The notes beneath the pieces were generated by a model. It made no database searches, had not been told where the DNA came from, and saw only the letters and a program-made list of their open reading frames with translations. From a virus, in the IMG/VR virus record IMGVR_UViG_3300025759_000085, positions 2,402 through 66,401 of that record: DNA of 64,000 bases. One strand, given 5' to 3'. Of this stretch, positions 22,101 through 26,859 are shown in pieces. Every line of letters begins with the position of its first letter. Within the stretch, counting starts at the first letter, position 1. The position numbers and the translations under genes were made by a program.

Positions 22101-23068
22101 AAGCAGAGGAGGCAGTAGCACAAGCACAAACAGATGTTACTAATCTAAGAACTGATTTAGGTACTGCCCAACAAGATATTACTACCCTACAAGCTGATGT
22201 TGCAACTAAAGCTGCTCAAGACACAGTAGACACATTGCAAACTGATTTGACTGCAGCTACTGATAGATTGGCTACTGCAGAGAATAATTATAGTTCATTA
22301 CTGGAAAGCGGCACAGCTACACAGGCGGATCTAGATACGGCTGAGGACGCTATTACTACAGCTCAGACGGATATTAAAAATATTCAAGGGCAATTGCAGG
22401 ATTTGGCTACTCGAGGAGACATAGAATCGGTTAGCGGAGAGATACAAGTATTAGCCAACTTAATAGGAAAACCTGCTAACGAATTAACACAAGAAGAAGT
22501 TAATCTAGCAGAATCGTATTTAGAAGCTGCGACGGATGAATATAATGCGTTGTATGATGTTAATAATGATGGTACATTTGACAGTGAAGACATAAGATTT
22601 ATGCAGGATGTGGTAGATACTGGAGATTATTCTACCATTGCGGATTCTCAGTTTACTCCTGCCACGGGGTTATTTGCAGAACAAGAACAAGCTGAATTGG
22701 AGTTTGAACAGCAATTAGAGCAGCAACGCCAACAAAATTTAGAAGCGCAGCTAAACATGCAAACTGAATTCCAAAACATGTTAACCGCGCAAACAGAAGA
22801 AAGACAGCGTGAAGAGTTGGTTAGAGCCATGCAACAAGAGCGTAAGGTTACGGAACAACAAGCACCGCTAACCAACATAGATTACATATATGATTTCGCT
22901 GGCGATAATGTGTTCGCTACTGACCAGCAAAAAGGGTTTTATGAAAGTGCTTCTATGTATGGAGATAACTTTTTAAATGATATAATACTGCCACAACAAA
23001 GGCGTGCGAAAGGTGGTATGATTAAAGATAAGACTGACGAAATACTTAAAATTATTGGAGATAAGTAA
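7160..23068 (+). CDS. giant 5302-aa virion-associated protein: dockerin/EF-hand-like and thrombospondin type-3 Ca-binding repeats, hydrophobic ejection-protein-like middle, about 1700-aa heptad coiled coil
   Basis: Uninterrupted ORF; Dx[DN]xDG loops (7757, 7950-8290, 8543, 16922, 22553); DSDGDG..D..DAFP.DP.E repeats at about 9050-9470; heptad repeats at about 17400-22450. Confidence 0.8.
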   Translation: MAFTGNTAQEFVTAIKDVIVDPVTGLQKPSGMLIIDAIKEAFPTELHELAYEFVLTGTDMQALLFFKERNPDEWTDDAQAQLDAIFTPNTLYNVIKKAVDNKTDRGQDDYSSRRRKIGNAISDVEDYLNTVESGQEPSLLSNIYYPTGFEENPADFSDEQVQRYEGVYLPSQWTGLSSRNIQQILDNGVENYGSIPTIHYDFDGDGKLTQSDVDNAARWEARYKEITGERYDPKITGFSTSDPETTEAEVPDNEGFGTAVNLLDFDANGVVDALSDGVLYLRYLFGLRGEQLFPGAVAEDATRSTEEILAYLEDEDSPIRAFLDLDGNGVSDALTDGVLLLRHAFGLTGSMLTSGASAKNSPLTEPEVEAKIKEMITLLPKKDIDGNYFVVDKEGTRKIIGASGKIVDAPDSDSDPVFWDGASSQAIMEAAGNPEINLHTRAAYKRYAESLGLSLEEFMAQYDYTGDGEVNIGDVLNVQKYELGTQTQEPGWDFDNYKEFRLDRDEDGVDDDNDYFPDDPLYQREQQYFEVLDENRTKSDAIYAAIDFLNNKDKSNQTLYIQGLQSLSTEEKALVEQIRKLPQYVQGLYRRRNKVITDADRELFFNLVQTTPDNDVFSEYKLTPPAITDYDPDSDGDGVVDSEDAFPNNPRETADSDGDGFGDNNDAFPNDPNETLDSDGDSYGDNADAFPTDPNEWVDTDKDGVGNNTDEFPQDPNESVDTDNDGVGNNADYDINNPDIKSEEDYLDTIDTDEDGTPDYKDFLPSDPKYQTKEQQDKQFDMNRFADDNSRAFIGVYNIERYKEHMGDSLGTYDFSDPKLQKFLKWKNAYVKNWRKLSRDKGNYPRFGVDTAAAKALREWLMDNTESYSTRQGKNKTIYHYDEEAKFFKAFLAAEGDFFMEGRVSEREAMQDAVMEWQLDGAPDEYMQILNTQGLVIPESLGGVADVVERHATARKVREEQLNMLFDAMENAWETAGSFFSPDSGMGGSMRHMELAWGPVYQEGGDLAIGERVTGPDDPRGEGRVIELDGPFEYAPEKLEPFNDLLPNPATRRDWQNMGLGKFINDFVDKYGEEEFVKFATEYKDLINDPLNLNSGENAVTHSSGASGIEHTWANGTGGPILKFLEEDYKDEEINKWKEVPRITEDEEIIIDRYTEATEEVLLSIESGTTAFDREIAVNLGGALRLGDAWAGRKESQKYKELLAEGGEEYAEEEYTKLWLASIPDYEVDAYIELPNAFQPETIQTNMGWDTNRLYMKMPGDDDITFGKYGDWVTPMYLNDATVRNSFANVSEDSAFPHGAGNGAGYFVDIGTESQVGDYTMIWVQLNDSPSTLEKILDDLGPLKAIVQIGLTIFGGPAGAKLALDIELATIALKVLDGQTLHGEDWASLAISGLVKLGKITMPVPEEVAKAEAAARGLAEGSKAYVDYMNVAQSGIGIAGMNYSQTITVLRAAGAGNLEDAILPVLVDFGDDWIKGGLSALGASDEFISNMTKEQFAAINGVVEKMARGDDFDEAILGETIDFLGDYLGDLYTGSETQNKLRTFFEGMENDIKNMMRVAQEFMGDSDLANLGDYLLGQVEQIPFGDILATINEDFEATMAKLQKVLDESELVQGIDKYVIDNIDKAIDSFVVPVIAKGKLMYEDLPDGVKNQIEKLDEDLEKYVGAANSQLDPAIKEAVKVGLVQELLGQGGTLQSKAQIVSAFTRELITVEQLKKMDATTVDILTAPVAAAGIRAALNTVLQGNPNAGDNALRAMAATAENAIRTSVEGGTFPSDFKNYMDNVSGNFDIVVAKRSELDDIQKEGDQLSIDMENAEKVLADLKKQRTDLLAAANAPDATEDDQRALAELQQDPNYNAALAEATNEIVKISTEIKNLDAKENALADEYETLRDDLGLQSQFDPAVKKFNGDVMQIIMEANAPEVINNPEGYRQLNGLGPDVDVIQHYLSEGIFNGAPTTAEEYNGRVDAGVDTIYTAVITESGIDDSKLTSGERLSIRNQIKHTIVTNRNLDDAGTLTDLQYVERIAGDDLTIDVNASTGEISIVSSTLVLSDLDGAVLAGINNAYVTEDGQPAGFTNLEQVENRIKAREYVANETDLLSYTGIPLQFDTPEEQEQFFQTLIKDGQVRVINDAGEYTWTTPPSSIQLDVDTQSVNSVPQTQAATTLNDLVNTDPDAYLSILGGMDNQSAMDAVNSYLESAGMPPLTPTNILGVPIEGIPKDEDMPWIVRTAKRYLDWKQQDVTELQDKIKEIEDIPEDERSWWQNNRLGVYKNQLEYGIDAVDDAAKFVSTSAAFFGYGNTAFRSLAVSDEVIAAQMEGEKAYRDKLVELAIENDIVDSDVNFYTDVQLFASAPWAQSFVYMMENEHPDLYEEARLAGVKHTETLYKDIGLESITNNEFSNTVDMLIDVSEGYLSSTYTDERDAMYARMNEAEGQGAWANVKAVFGAAVEFPTMFYKEVVREELAEIGWEVLIARGAGRVVKEFSPDIAKDITLKIGITGDASVEFGSTWSEAESTIRNTLENANIQSQNAGGPILYTEDEIDYHSVKGAYDAATTTVAIMAGTNKFTFKLDRQILGESASEVIELTGDKMLRVGNLVGTSLAEGAGEFFTEGGGALVTSSYLYGLGFTDIDPLGEAARSGTLGFIAGTTTSATVMGLSTPLNDVFGGDSNDPIANTLVTQYEPLKVAIENKDVLTTNALLTDIGVSSMDFPQVYNAVMNTVDDENYVTVLEAERAYEYIGFEPSGSDIEVALTMQDQFSAPGLTVNLSDRLTDYVVDSYGEDKLGTGRTTAQNYDIIKHLEDMRDGIVPLDATFIDAQTGESTLTQDVIDAYVAGLPLREQSLLAQYNEDNHVPTNIVEELGGSLMTQAEIDKINTAIADLQARPDSPTAQEVLEILLADTSISGIPNQVKNLVDAAFQDATAQANFAAAVVQKLVDDGSLETLATGEVSEALGSSVEGDESGIYLLLKNLSADIASGDSDAATNLANAVEALNTALTNQGVADANARAAITDLLGSNEAGKESGIFKVLKELDAGQTTTDQAVASVEAAYKAANTAQDTTIASLATNLGSPATDEKKASGVYLVIETAIAAESSAREEILGDYTDIAAFETALNSTMDEKVSALKTTIGVPGEYKINADGTIKYKANGDPDWKTAPTGHFLDVYNASKLEGIEREAALLAVQTKLDADIASARGLATSEATRVKDEIINTYFPAAPSINPEDNAIIQRINYMQSILADGPVPNRNDPRYDPVADFNENGYIGVGDVDNLYKSLGAEQRTRVRDYMVFLDGDTLLGQLRKTQLDADMQFNTFDNKLTLAVDSINNTITNDVLNQIGKSAEDNDGTATGLYARIEAGDSDILTTLGAIGEDGSGILRDLELAGLSINQIQQFLDDNIGKPAENNNGTATGLFAAAKQNADAITGLTSDIATINRTLSRTASQSALNSTNQRLSTAETDIDNLQSDLKTEQGKVTTAQGDISTLQTDLTAATTRLTTAEGNVSTLQSDLQTEQGKVTTAQGDISTLQTDLTAATNTLTTVVDNYASLVESGAATQADLDKAEEAVVQAQTDISNLRIDLTSAESSLTTAQGNISTLQTNLGLEQSKVATAQGDIDDLEDDLTEATTRLTTAETNITTINGNISTLQNDVSGMKTTIAQLENDIASKASTADLTAALTRVSSAENDIGTLETEMDAAEGRLLTAENNITTIEGDLQTEQGKVSTLQTDLTAATGRVSTLETNLQTEQGKVSTLQTDLQTEQGKVSTLQTDLSSATGRVSTLETDLTAATTRLSTAEGKLTTLQNTSATKEQLDAAKADIKTEQDNVDKLQTDLQTEQGKVSTLQTDLTAATGRVSTLETNLQTEQGKVSTLQTDLQTEQGKVSQLQIDLSNANSKVTKLQTDLNNAVARVTTAEDDIDTLETEMDAAEGRLDTAETTLDTVQTSLGQKASVESLNNATTRLTTAEGKVSTLEQEMDAAEGRLADAETKLDSAATSKQIDDANTLIDAAEKDIKELTTALDTEKGKVTKAQTDINAIQTSLTKKAAQTDLDSAKDRITDAEAEVDTLQTDLQTEQGKVSQLQTDLTAATGRLTTAETALKTLQESGAATQTDLDTAEADIKIEQDNVDKLQTDLSSATGRVSTLETDLTAATTRLSTAEENITSLQGALGRLSSAELSLAQAQLDLGNAATKEELETAKQRLSTAETSISTITGDITNLQTLVGTKASTEDLEAAKLRLATAEGKVETLESEMNAAEQRLDKAETDVENLDETLTNTTNALTTATDRVSTLETDLQTEQGKVSTLQTDLTAATTRLSTAEGKLTTLQNTSATKEQLDAAKADIQTEQDNVDKLQTDLGAAQTNITNLQSDLEIEKGKVTTAQGDISTLQTDLTAATGRLTTAEDNVTNLRLDLSTAETNLSEAQNDIAKIQTSLSGTQDDLDKAVTRVTDAELEIDTLQSDLETEQNNVDKAQTDITNLRTDLTAAETRLTTAESELTALQGSGAATQADLDKAETAVKQAQTDVDTIKGRLTSAEGRLNTAEDNITSLTGRITSAESDLTTAKDDLTNLQTEVGKKAAQTDLDNAKSRIANAETNITNLQTDLQTEQGNVDTLQTDLEAAETRLTTAEAALVTLQGSGAATQADLDKAEADIQTEQGKVSTLQTDLTAATGRVSTLETNLETATNNLAQAQEQLLEITTSLGTKAEQADLVLAQGRLTDAETKVGQLQTDLTAATTRLTTAENNYASLLETGTATQGDLDTAEIAIEIAKGDISDLETALETEQGKVTAAQQDITTLQADVATKAAQTDLEAAETRLTTAEATLLSLQESGTATQADLDKAEEAVAQAQTDVTNLRTDLGTAQTDITTLQADVATKAAQTDLEAAETRLTTAENNYASLLESGTATQADLDKAEEAVAQAQTDVTNLRTDLGTAQQDITTLQADVATKAAQTDLEAAETRLTTAENNYASLLESGTATQADLDKAEEAVAQAQTDVTNLRTDLGTAQQDITTLQADVATKAAQDTVDTLQTDLTAATDRLATAENNYSSLLESGTATQADLDTAEDAITTAQTDIKNIQGQLQDLATRGDIESVSGEIQVLANLIGKPANELTQEEVNLAESYLEAATDEYNALYDVNNDGTFDSEDIRFMQDVVDTGDYSTIADSQFTPATGLFAEQEQAELEFEQQLEQQRQQNLEAQLNMQTEFQNMLTAQTEERQREELVRAMQQERKVTEQQAPLTNIDYIYDFAGDNVFATDQQKGFYESASMYGDNFLNDIILPQQRRAKGGMIKDKTDEILKIIGDK
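9050..9470 (+). repeat. thrombospondin type-3-like Ca-binding repeats
   Basis: About 5-6 copies of DxDGDGxxDxxDAFPxDPxE. Confidence 0.8.
17400..22450 (+). repeat. mosaic heptad coiled-coil repeats, including near-perfect 216-bp (72-aa) tandem units at about 21520-22330
   Basis: Modules LQTEQGKVSTLQTDL and TAATGRVSTLETDL recur many times; CA[AG]GATATTACTAC recurs at about 21524, 21740, 21956 and 22172 (period 216). Confidence 0.9.
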
Positions 23069-24996
23069 TGTCAACGTATTTAGGTGGTACAGGAGTAGTC
23101 CAAGAGTCCACGGGCGGCGGTTCTAGTGCTGCAGCTGTGCATGGTAATCAAGACAACTCGCTAACTCAAGGTAGTACGGGGCAAAACAATAGTCTTACAG
23201 GCACTATAGGCGACCTGTTAACTAGTATTGGTGGCTCGGTTCTAGATCTTGGCGATGGCATACTAGAACGAATGGGTGATCCCAATGATCCTGTAGGGCA
23301 GCTACTAAACATAGGCGCTGCGTCTATGATAAGCAAATACACACAGCCAAACCGCCCTGAAGTAGGGTATCAGGGTGGTATTGATAGGCTTCAGAAAGTA
23401 AGAAAACGTGTAGATCAAGATAAGGACTATCGCACAGAAGGAAGTAGATCAGGCATATTAACTACTCAAGATCTTACTGGCGACAAGAAAATGATGAAGG
23501 GCGATTTTAGCGACCCGGACAGTTTAGAAGAAATGAGTGATGCTGAACTAAACTCACAGCGTTTTGGGGGAGATCGCTATAAGCGCGGGTATGAACGTAG
23601 GCCCGGAGGTAAAGGCAGACGTTACTTTACAGACACCATATACGCTAAACCTGAAGAAGAAAAGTTTACTCCCATGTCCGTAGCTGACGCAGAGAAAAAA
23701 TCTCAGAGACAAAAGCTAGAGATGGAAGGTAAGAGTCCAGAAGAAATCGAATCAATTATGAACCCTGCTCCTGCTGCAGATGATACCAGTGGTATGGCTA
23801 TGGGTGGTAGTGTACGCAAGTATGCTGGTGGGGGTCTAGCCTCTATGCAAAGTGGTCAGTTGTTTAATAATGGTTACTACTTAGGTGGTAAGACTGATGG
23901 CATGGCTGACAAAGTACCTGCACGTATTGATGGTAAGCAAGAAGCACGTTTGAGCGATGGTGAGTTTGTAGTACCTGCAGATGTAGTAAGTCACCTAGGT
24001 AATGGTAACTCTGATGCAGGTGCACAACAGCTACATAATATGATGGATAATGTTCGTACAGCACGCACAGGTAATCCAGAACAAGGTAAACAAATAGATC
24101 CGCAAAAGTTTATGCCTAAAATGGCTGGCGGTGGCATTGTTGGTTTTTCTGAAGGTGGGCCAACAGGCACATACGATGCTCAAGAAGAAACTCCAGTAGG
24201 TCAGGAGGTAGGGCAGTCGGGAGCACTTGCAAACTGGGCAGGTGATTATGTAACTGACATGCTATCTTATGGTAGGGCAGAAGCTGAAAGTCCGTATGAA
24301 GCATACACTGGCCCGCTAACTGCGGGAACTAGCACTTTGCAAGATCAGGCTATGACCGGTGTTATGGCTCTAAACAACCCACTAAGTAGTAGTTCTGTAA
24401 CCAAACAAATGGGTGCATTTGACCCTAATGATGCAACTAGGTTTATGAACCCTTATGAGCAGAATGTTATTGATCGCACCGCTGCTGATATGCGCAGACA
24501 AGACCAGATTACTCAGCTACAAAATAGACAAGCGTTAACTAGTGCGGGCGCTTTCGGTGGTTCAAGAGACGCACTACTGCGTGCCGAAGCTGCTAACAAC
24601 CTAACTAGAAGTATCGGTGACATGGCAGCGACACAGCGAGCGCAAGGCTTCACTCAAGCTATGGATAGAGCGCAACAAAACCAACAAAACATTAATCAGT
24701 ATGGTTTTGATACCCTAGCAGCACAAATGAATGCAGGTCAAACACAACGTGATATAGCTTCTGAAGGTATAGCTGCGGACTACGGACAGTTTAGAGAAGA
24801 ACGTGATTACGACGCTAAGATGGTGCAGTACATGCAGTCATTGCTACAGGGGCTACCAGTTTCGGCTAGGACTACTAGCTACACAGAGCCCAGCGCGTTA
24901 GGAGAGCTTCAGCAAGGACAGGCTGGCATGGAATACTTACTAAAACTTTTCGGGTACCAACAAGATCCCACTAATATAAATACGGAGACTACATAA
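23068..24996 (+). CDS. internal virion / DNA ejection protein
   Basis: Contains GG..DGMAD.VPA....ARLSDGEFVVPADVV (tape-measure C-terminal-like motif) and MNPY...GAFGGSR typical of podovirus ejection proteins; Q/A/G-rich. Confidence 0.65.
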   Translation: MSTYLGGTGVVQESTGGGSSAAAVHGNQDNSLTQGSTGQNNSLTGTIGDLLTSIGGSVLDLGDGILERMGDPNDPVGQLLNIGAASMISKYTQPNRPEVGYQGGIDRLQKVRKRVDQDKDYRTEGSRSGILTTQDLTGDKKMMKGDFSDPDSLEEMSDAELNSQRFGGDRYKRGYERRPGGKGRRYFTDTIYAKPEEEKFTPMSVADAEKKSQRQKLEMEGKSPEEIESIMNPAPAADDTSGMAMGGSVRKYAGGGLASMQSGQLFNNGYYLGGKTDGMADKVPARIDGKQEARLSDGEFVVPADVVSHLGNGNSDAGAQQLHNMMDNVRTARTGNPEQGKQIDPQKFMPKMAGGGIVGFSEGGPTGTYDAQEETPVGQEVGQSGALANWAGDYVTDMLSYGRAEAESPYEAYTGPLTAGTSTLQDQAMTGVMALNNPLSSSSVTKQMGAFDPNDATRFMNPYEQNVIDRTAADMRRQDQITQLQNRQALTSAGAFGGSRDALLRAEAANNLTRSIGDMAATQRAQGFTQAMDRAQQNQQNINQYGFDTLAAQMNAGQTQRDIASEGIAADYGQFREERDYDAKMVQYMQSLLQGLPVSARTTSYTEPSALGELQQGQAGMEYLLKLFGYQQDPTNINTETT

Positions 24997-26852
24997 TGTT
25001 AGGCATAATGGGAAACATTGACCAACAGGTTAACGATAAAGCAGATAGTATGCAGATGCGAGGTAAAACTAGCACTGTATCTAAAGATCTACTTGACGTT
25101 ATGGCTACTCAAAAAATAGCTCGTGAAAAAGACACGGCGCTCAAAGAACTGCAAATGGCGCAACAGCAAAATCCTAACACTATTAAAGACCAGCTAGAAC
25201 AAAAAGTCATGGGTATGACGCAGAATGAAATGACCAATCAGACTGCGGGTATAATGGCGCAACGCGCCGCGCAAAAAGGTCAACCTCAACGCCCGCCGCA
25301 ACAAGGTGGTATTGCAGGTGCTCGTCCTCCTATGGGTGGCGCTCCTAAACCTCCTATGCCAATGGCTGGTGGTCGTCCTCCTATGGGTGGCGCTCCCAAA
25401 CCTCCTATGGGTGGCTTACCCGCTATGGCTGGTGGTCGTCCTCCTATGATGGCTAGCGGGGGTATTGTTGGTTTTTCTGAAGGTGGGTCAACAGATCCAG
25501 CAAAGAAAGCGGTACTCAAAGATAGTCTAATGCAGAGGTTAAAGCAGGAGCGGGAAAAACTTGCAAAATTCCCTCAGCAACCCACTCGTGACATAATTAG
25601 CGAAAAAATACAAGTTCAGAAAGAAATAGAAAGACTTCAAAAAGAGTTAAAAAGTCTAGATGTAGACCCTAACTCTTTGCAGGACACCTCTAGCACAACC
25701 CCGGGGCCAGTGGTAACATCTGCTGAAATAGCTAGAGGTCAGGAATATAAAAAAGATCCTATGTACGAAAAAGTTTTGTCTGCTATGAGTAGCAATCAAG
25801 GCGGGCCTCAAATGACCGACACTACTGCGGTGCTTGAAAAAATTGCGGGGATGGATACCGCGATAACCCCAGAACAACAAACTGCTATAAAGTCTAATAT
25901 GGCTAGTGATGCTGTCGGTGAGGATACTATGGGTACCCTTGGAGATATGGCTAAGAAGGATGTATTTGGTGAGGGTGGTATACAAGACGTAGCGCAGAAA
26001 AGGTTTGATGAGCGCTACGGCATAGCTGATTTAGATAAAGGCCAAGACCCCAAAACAGGAGAAATGGGTTTAAAAGGTTTACAAGATGACTTAGCTAAAG
26101 AGCAAGACCGTCAGATGTCTCCTGAAGTACAACGTGCACAGATGCTACAAGATATGCGTGCAGGTAGTGGGCTAGGTAGACGTATTGCAAATGCGTCAAG
26201 AACTCAGAATGAAAAAACTTTAGAGTTTAAACAAAACAAGATAGACCAATATAAACAACGATTTGATACTAAGGTAGCTGCGTTGGAGAAAGCCGATAAT
26301 CAGGTTGCTAAAGCAGTTGAACTTAGCCAAAACACTAAAGTAGCTGCACTACAATCACTTGCAAACATAGGCGCACAAAACGCAGAACTGTTGCTTGGAC
26401 AAACGCAAATGTACATGGAGCAAAACGCTGAGCGTATTAGCGCGGCACTTAAAGCTGCAGGTATAAGTGAACAGCAAAATTTCCGTCTAGAAATGAAGAA
26501 CATAGACACCAAAAACTATTTGCTTGGAATGTTGGAAAAAATTGACGCTGAACGAGCAAAAGAGAAGCAAAAATTCTTGGAAAGTAGACAGGTGGAAATT
26601 GATAATCTAGACCTGAGTAAACTAGACGATCGAGAAAGATACGACATGATAATAGCGCTAGCTAATTTAATTTCAGGCACAGTTGCTGAGCCTACACGTA
26701 AATTGGTAATGGCCGAGATAGGTAAACTTTACAATGTTAATTTTGAGGAAAGTGATCTGAGTTCTACGAACCCGAAAACTGAGCCTGACATTTTAGACGG
26801 CGATATAGATCTTGGTGAAAAAGGTGAAGACCTAGTAGAAAGTTTAAAGTAG
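24996..26852 (+). CDS. internal virion / DNA ejection protein
   Basis: Q/M-rich helical protein with a PPMGG low-complexity tract and ASGGIVGFSEGG motif; lies between other ejection genes. Confidence 0.55.
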   Translation: MLGIMGNIDQQVNDKADSMQMRGKTSTVSKDLLDVMATQKIAREKDTALKELQMAQQQNPNTIKDQLEQKVMGMTQNEMTNQTAGIMAQRAAQKGQPQRPPQQGGIAGARPPMGGAPKPPMPMAGGRPPMGGAPKPPMGGLPAMAGGRPPMMASGGIVGFSEGGSTDPAKKAVLKDSLMQRLKQEREKLAKFPQQPTRDIISEKIQVQKEIERLQKELKSLDVDPNSLQDTSSTTPGPVVTSAEIARGQEYKKDPMYEKVLSAMSSNQGGPQMTDTTAVLEKIAGMDTAITPEQQTAIKSNMASDAVGEDTMGTLGDMAKKDVFGEGGIQDVAQKRFDERYGIADLDKGQDPKTGEMGLKGLQDDLAKEQDRQMSPEVQRAQMLQDMRAGSGLGRRIANASRTQNEKTLEFKQNKIDQYKQRFDTKVAALEKADNQVAKAVELSQNTKVAALQSLANIGAQNAELLLGQTQMYMEQNAERISAALKAAGISEQQNFRLEMKNIDTKNYLLGMLEKIDAERAKEKQKFLESRQVEIDNLDLSKLDDRERYDMIIALANLISGTVAEPTRKLVMAEIGKLYNVNFEESDLSSTNPKTEPDILDGDIDLGEKGEDLVESLK

Positions 26853-26859
26853 GTAACAA

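Noticed and set aside
17297-22878. Many long - strand ORFs (for example 18124..18906 and 20563..21207)
   Set aside because: They are antisense shadows of the repetitive coiled-coil coding sequence, with no RBS and S/V/C-rich mirror composition.
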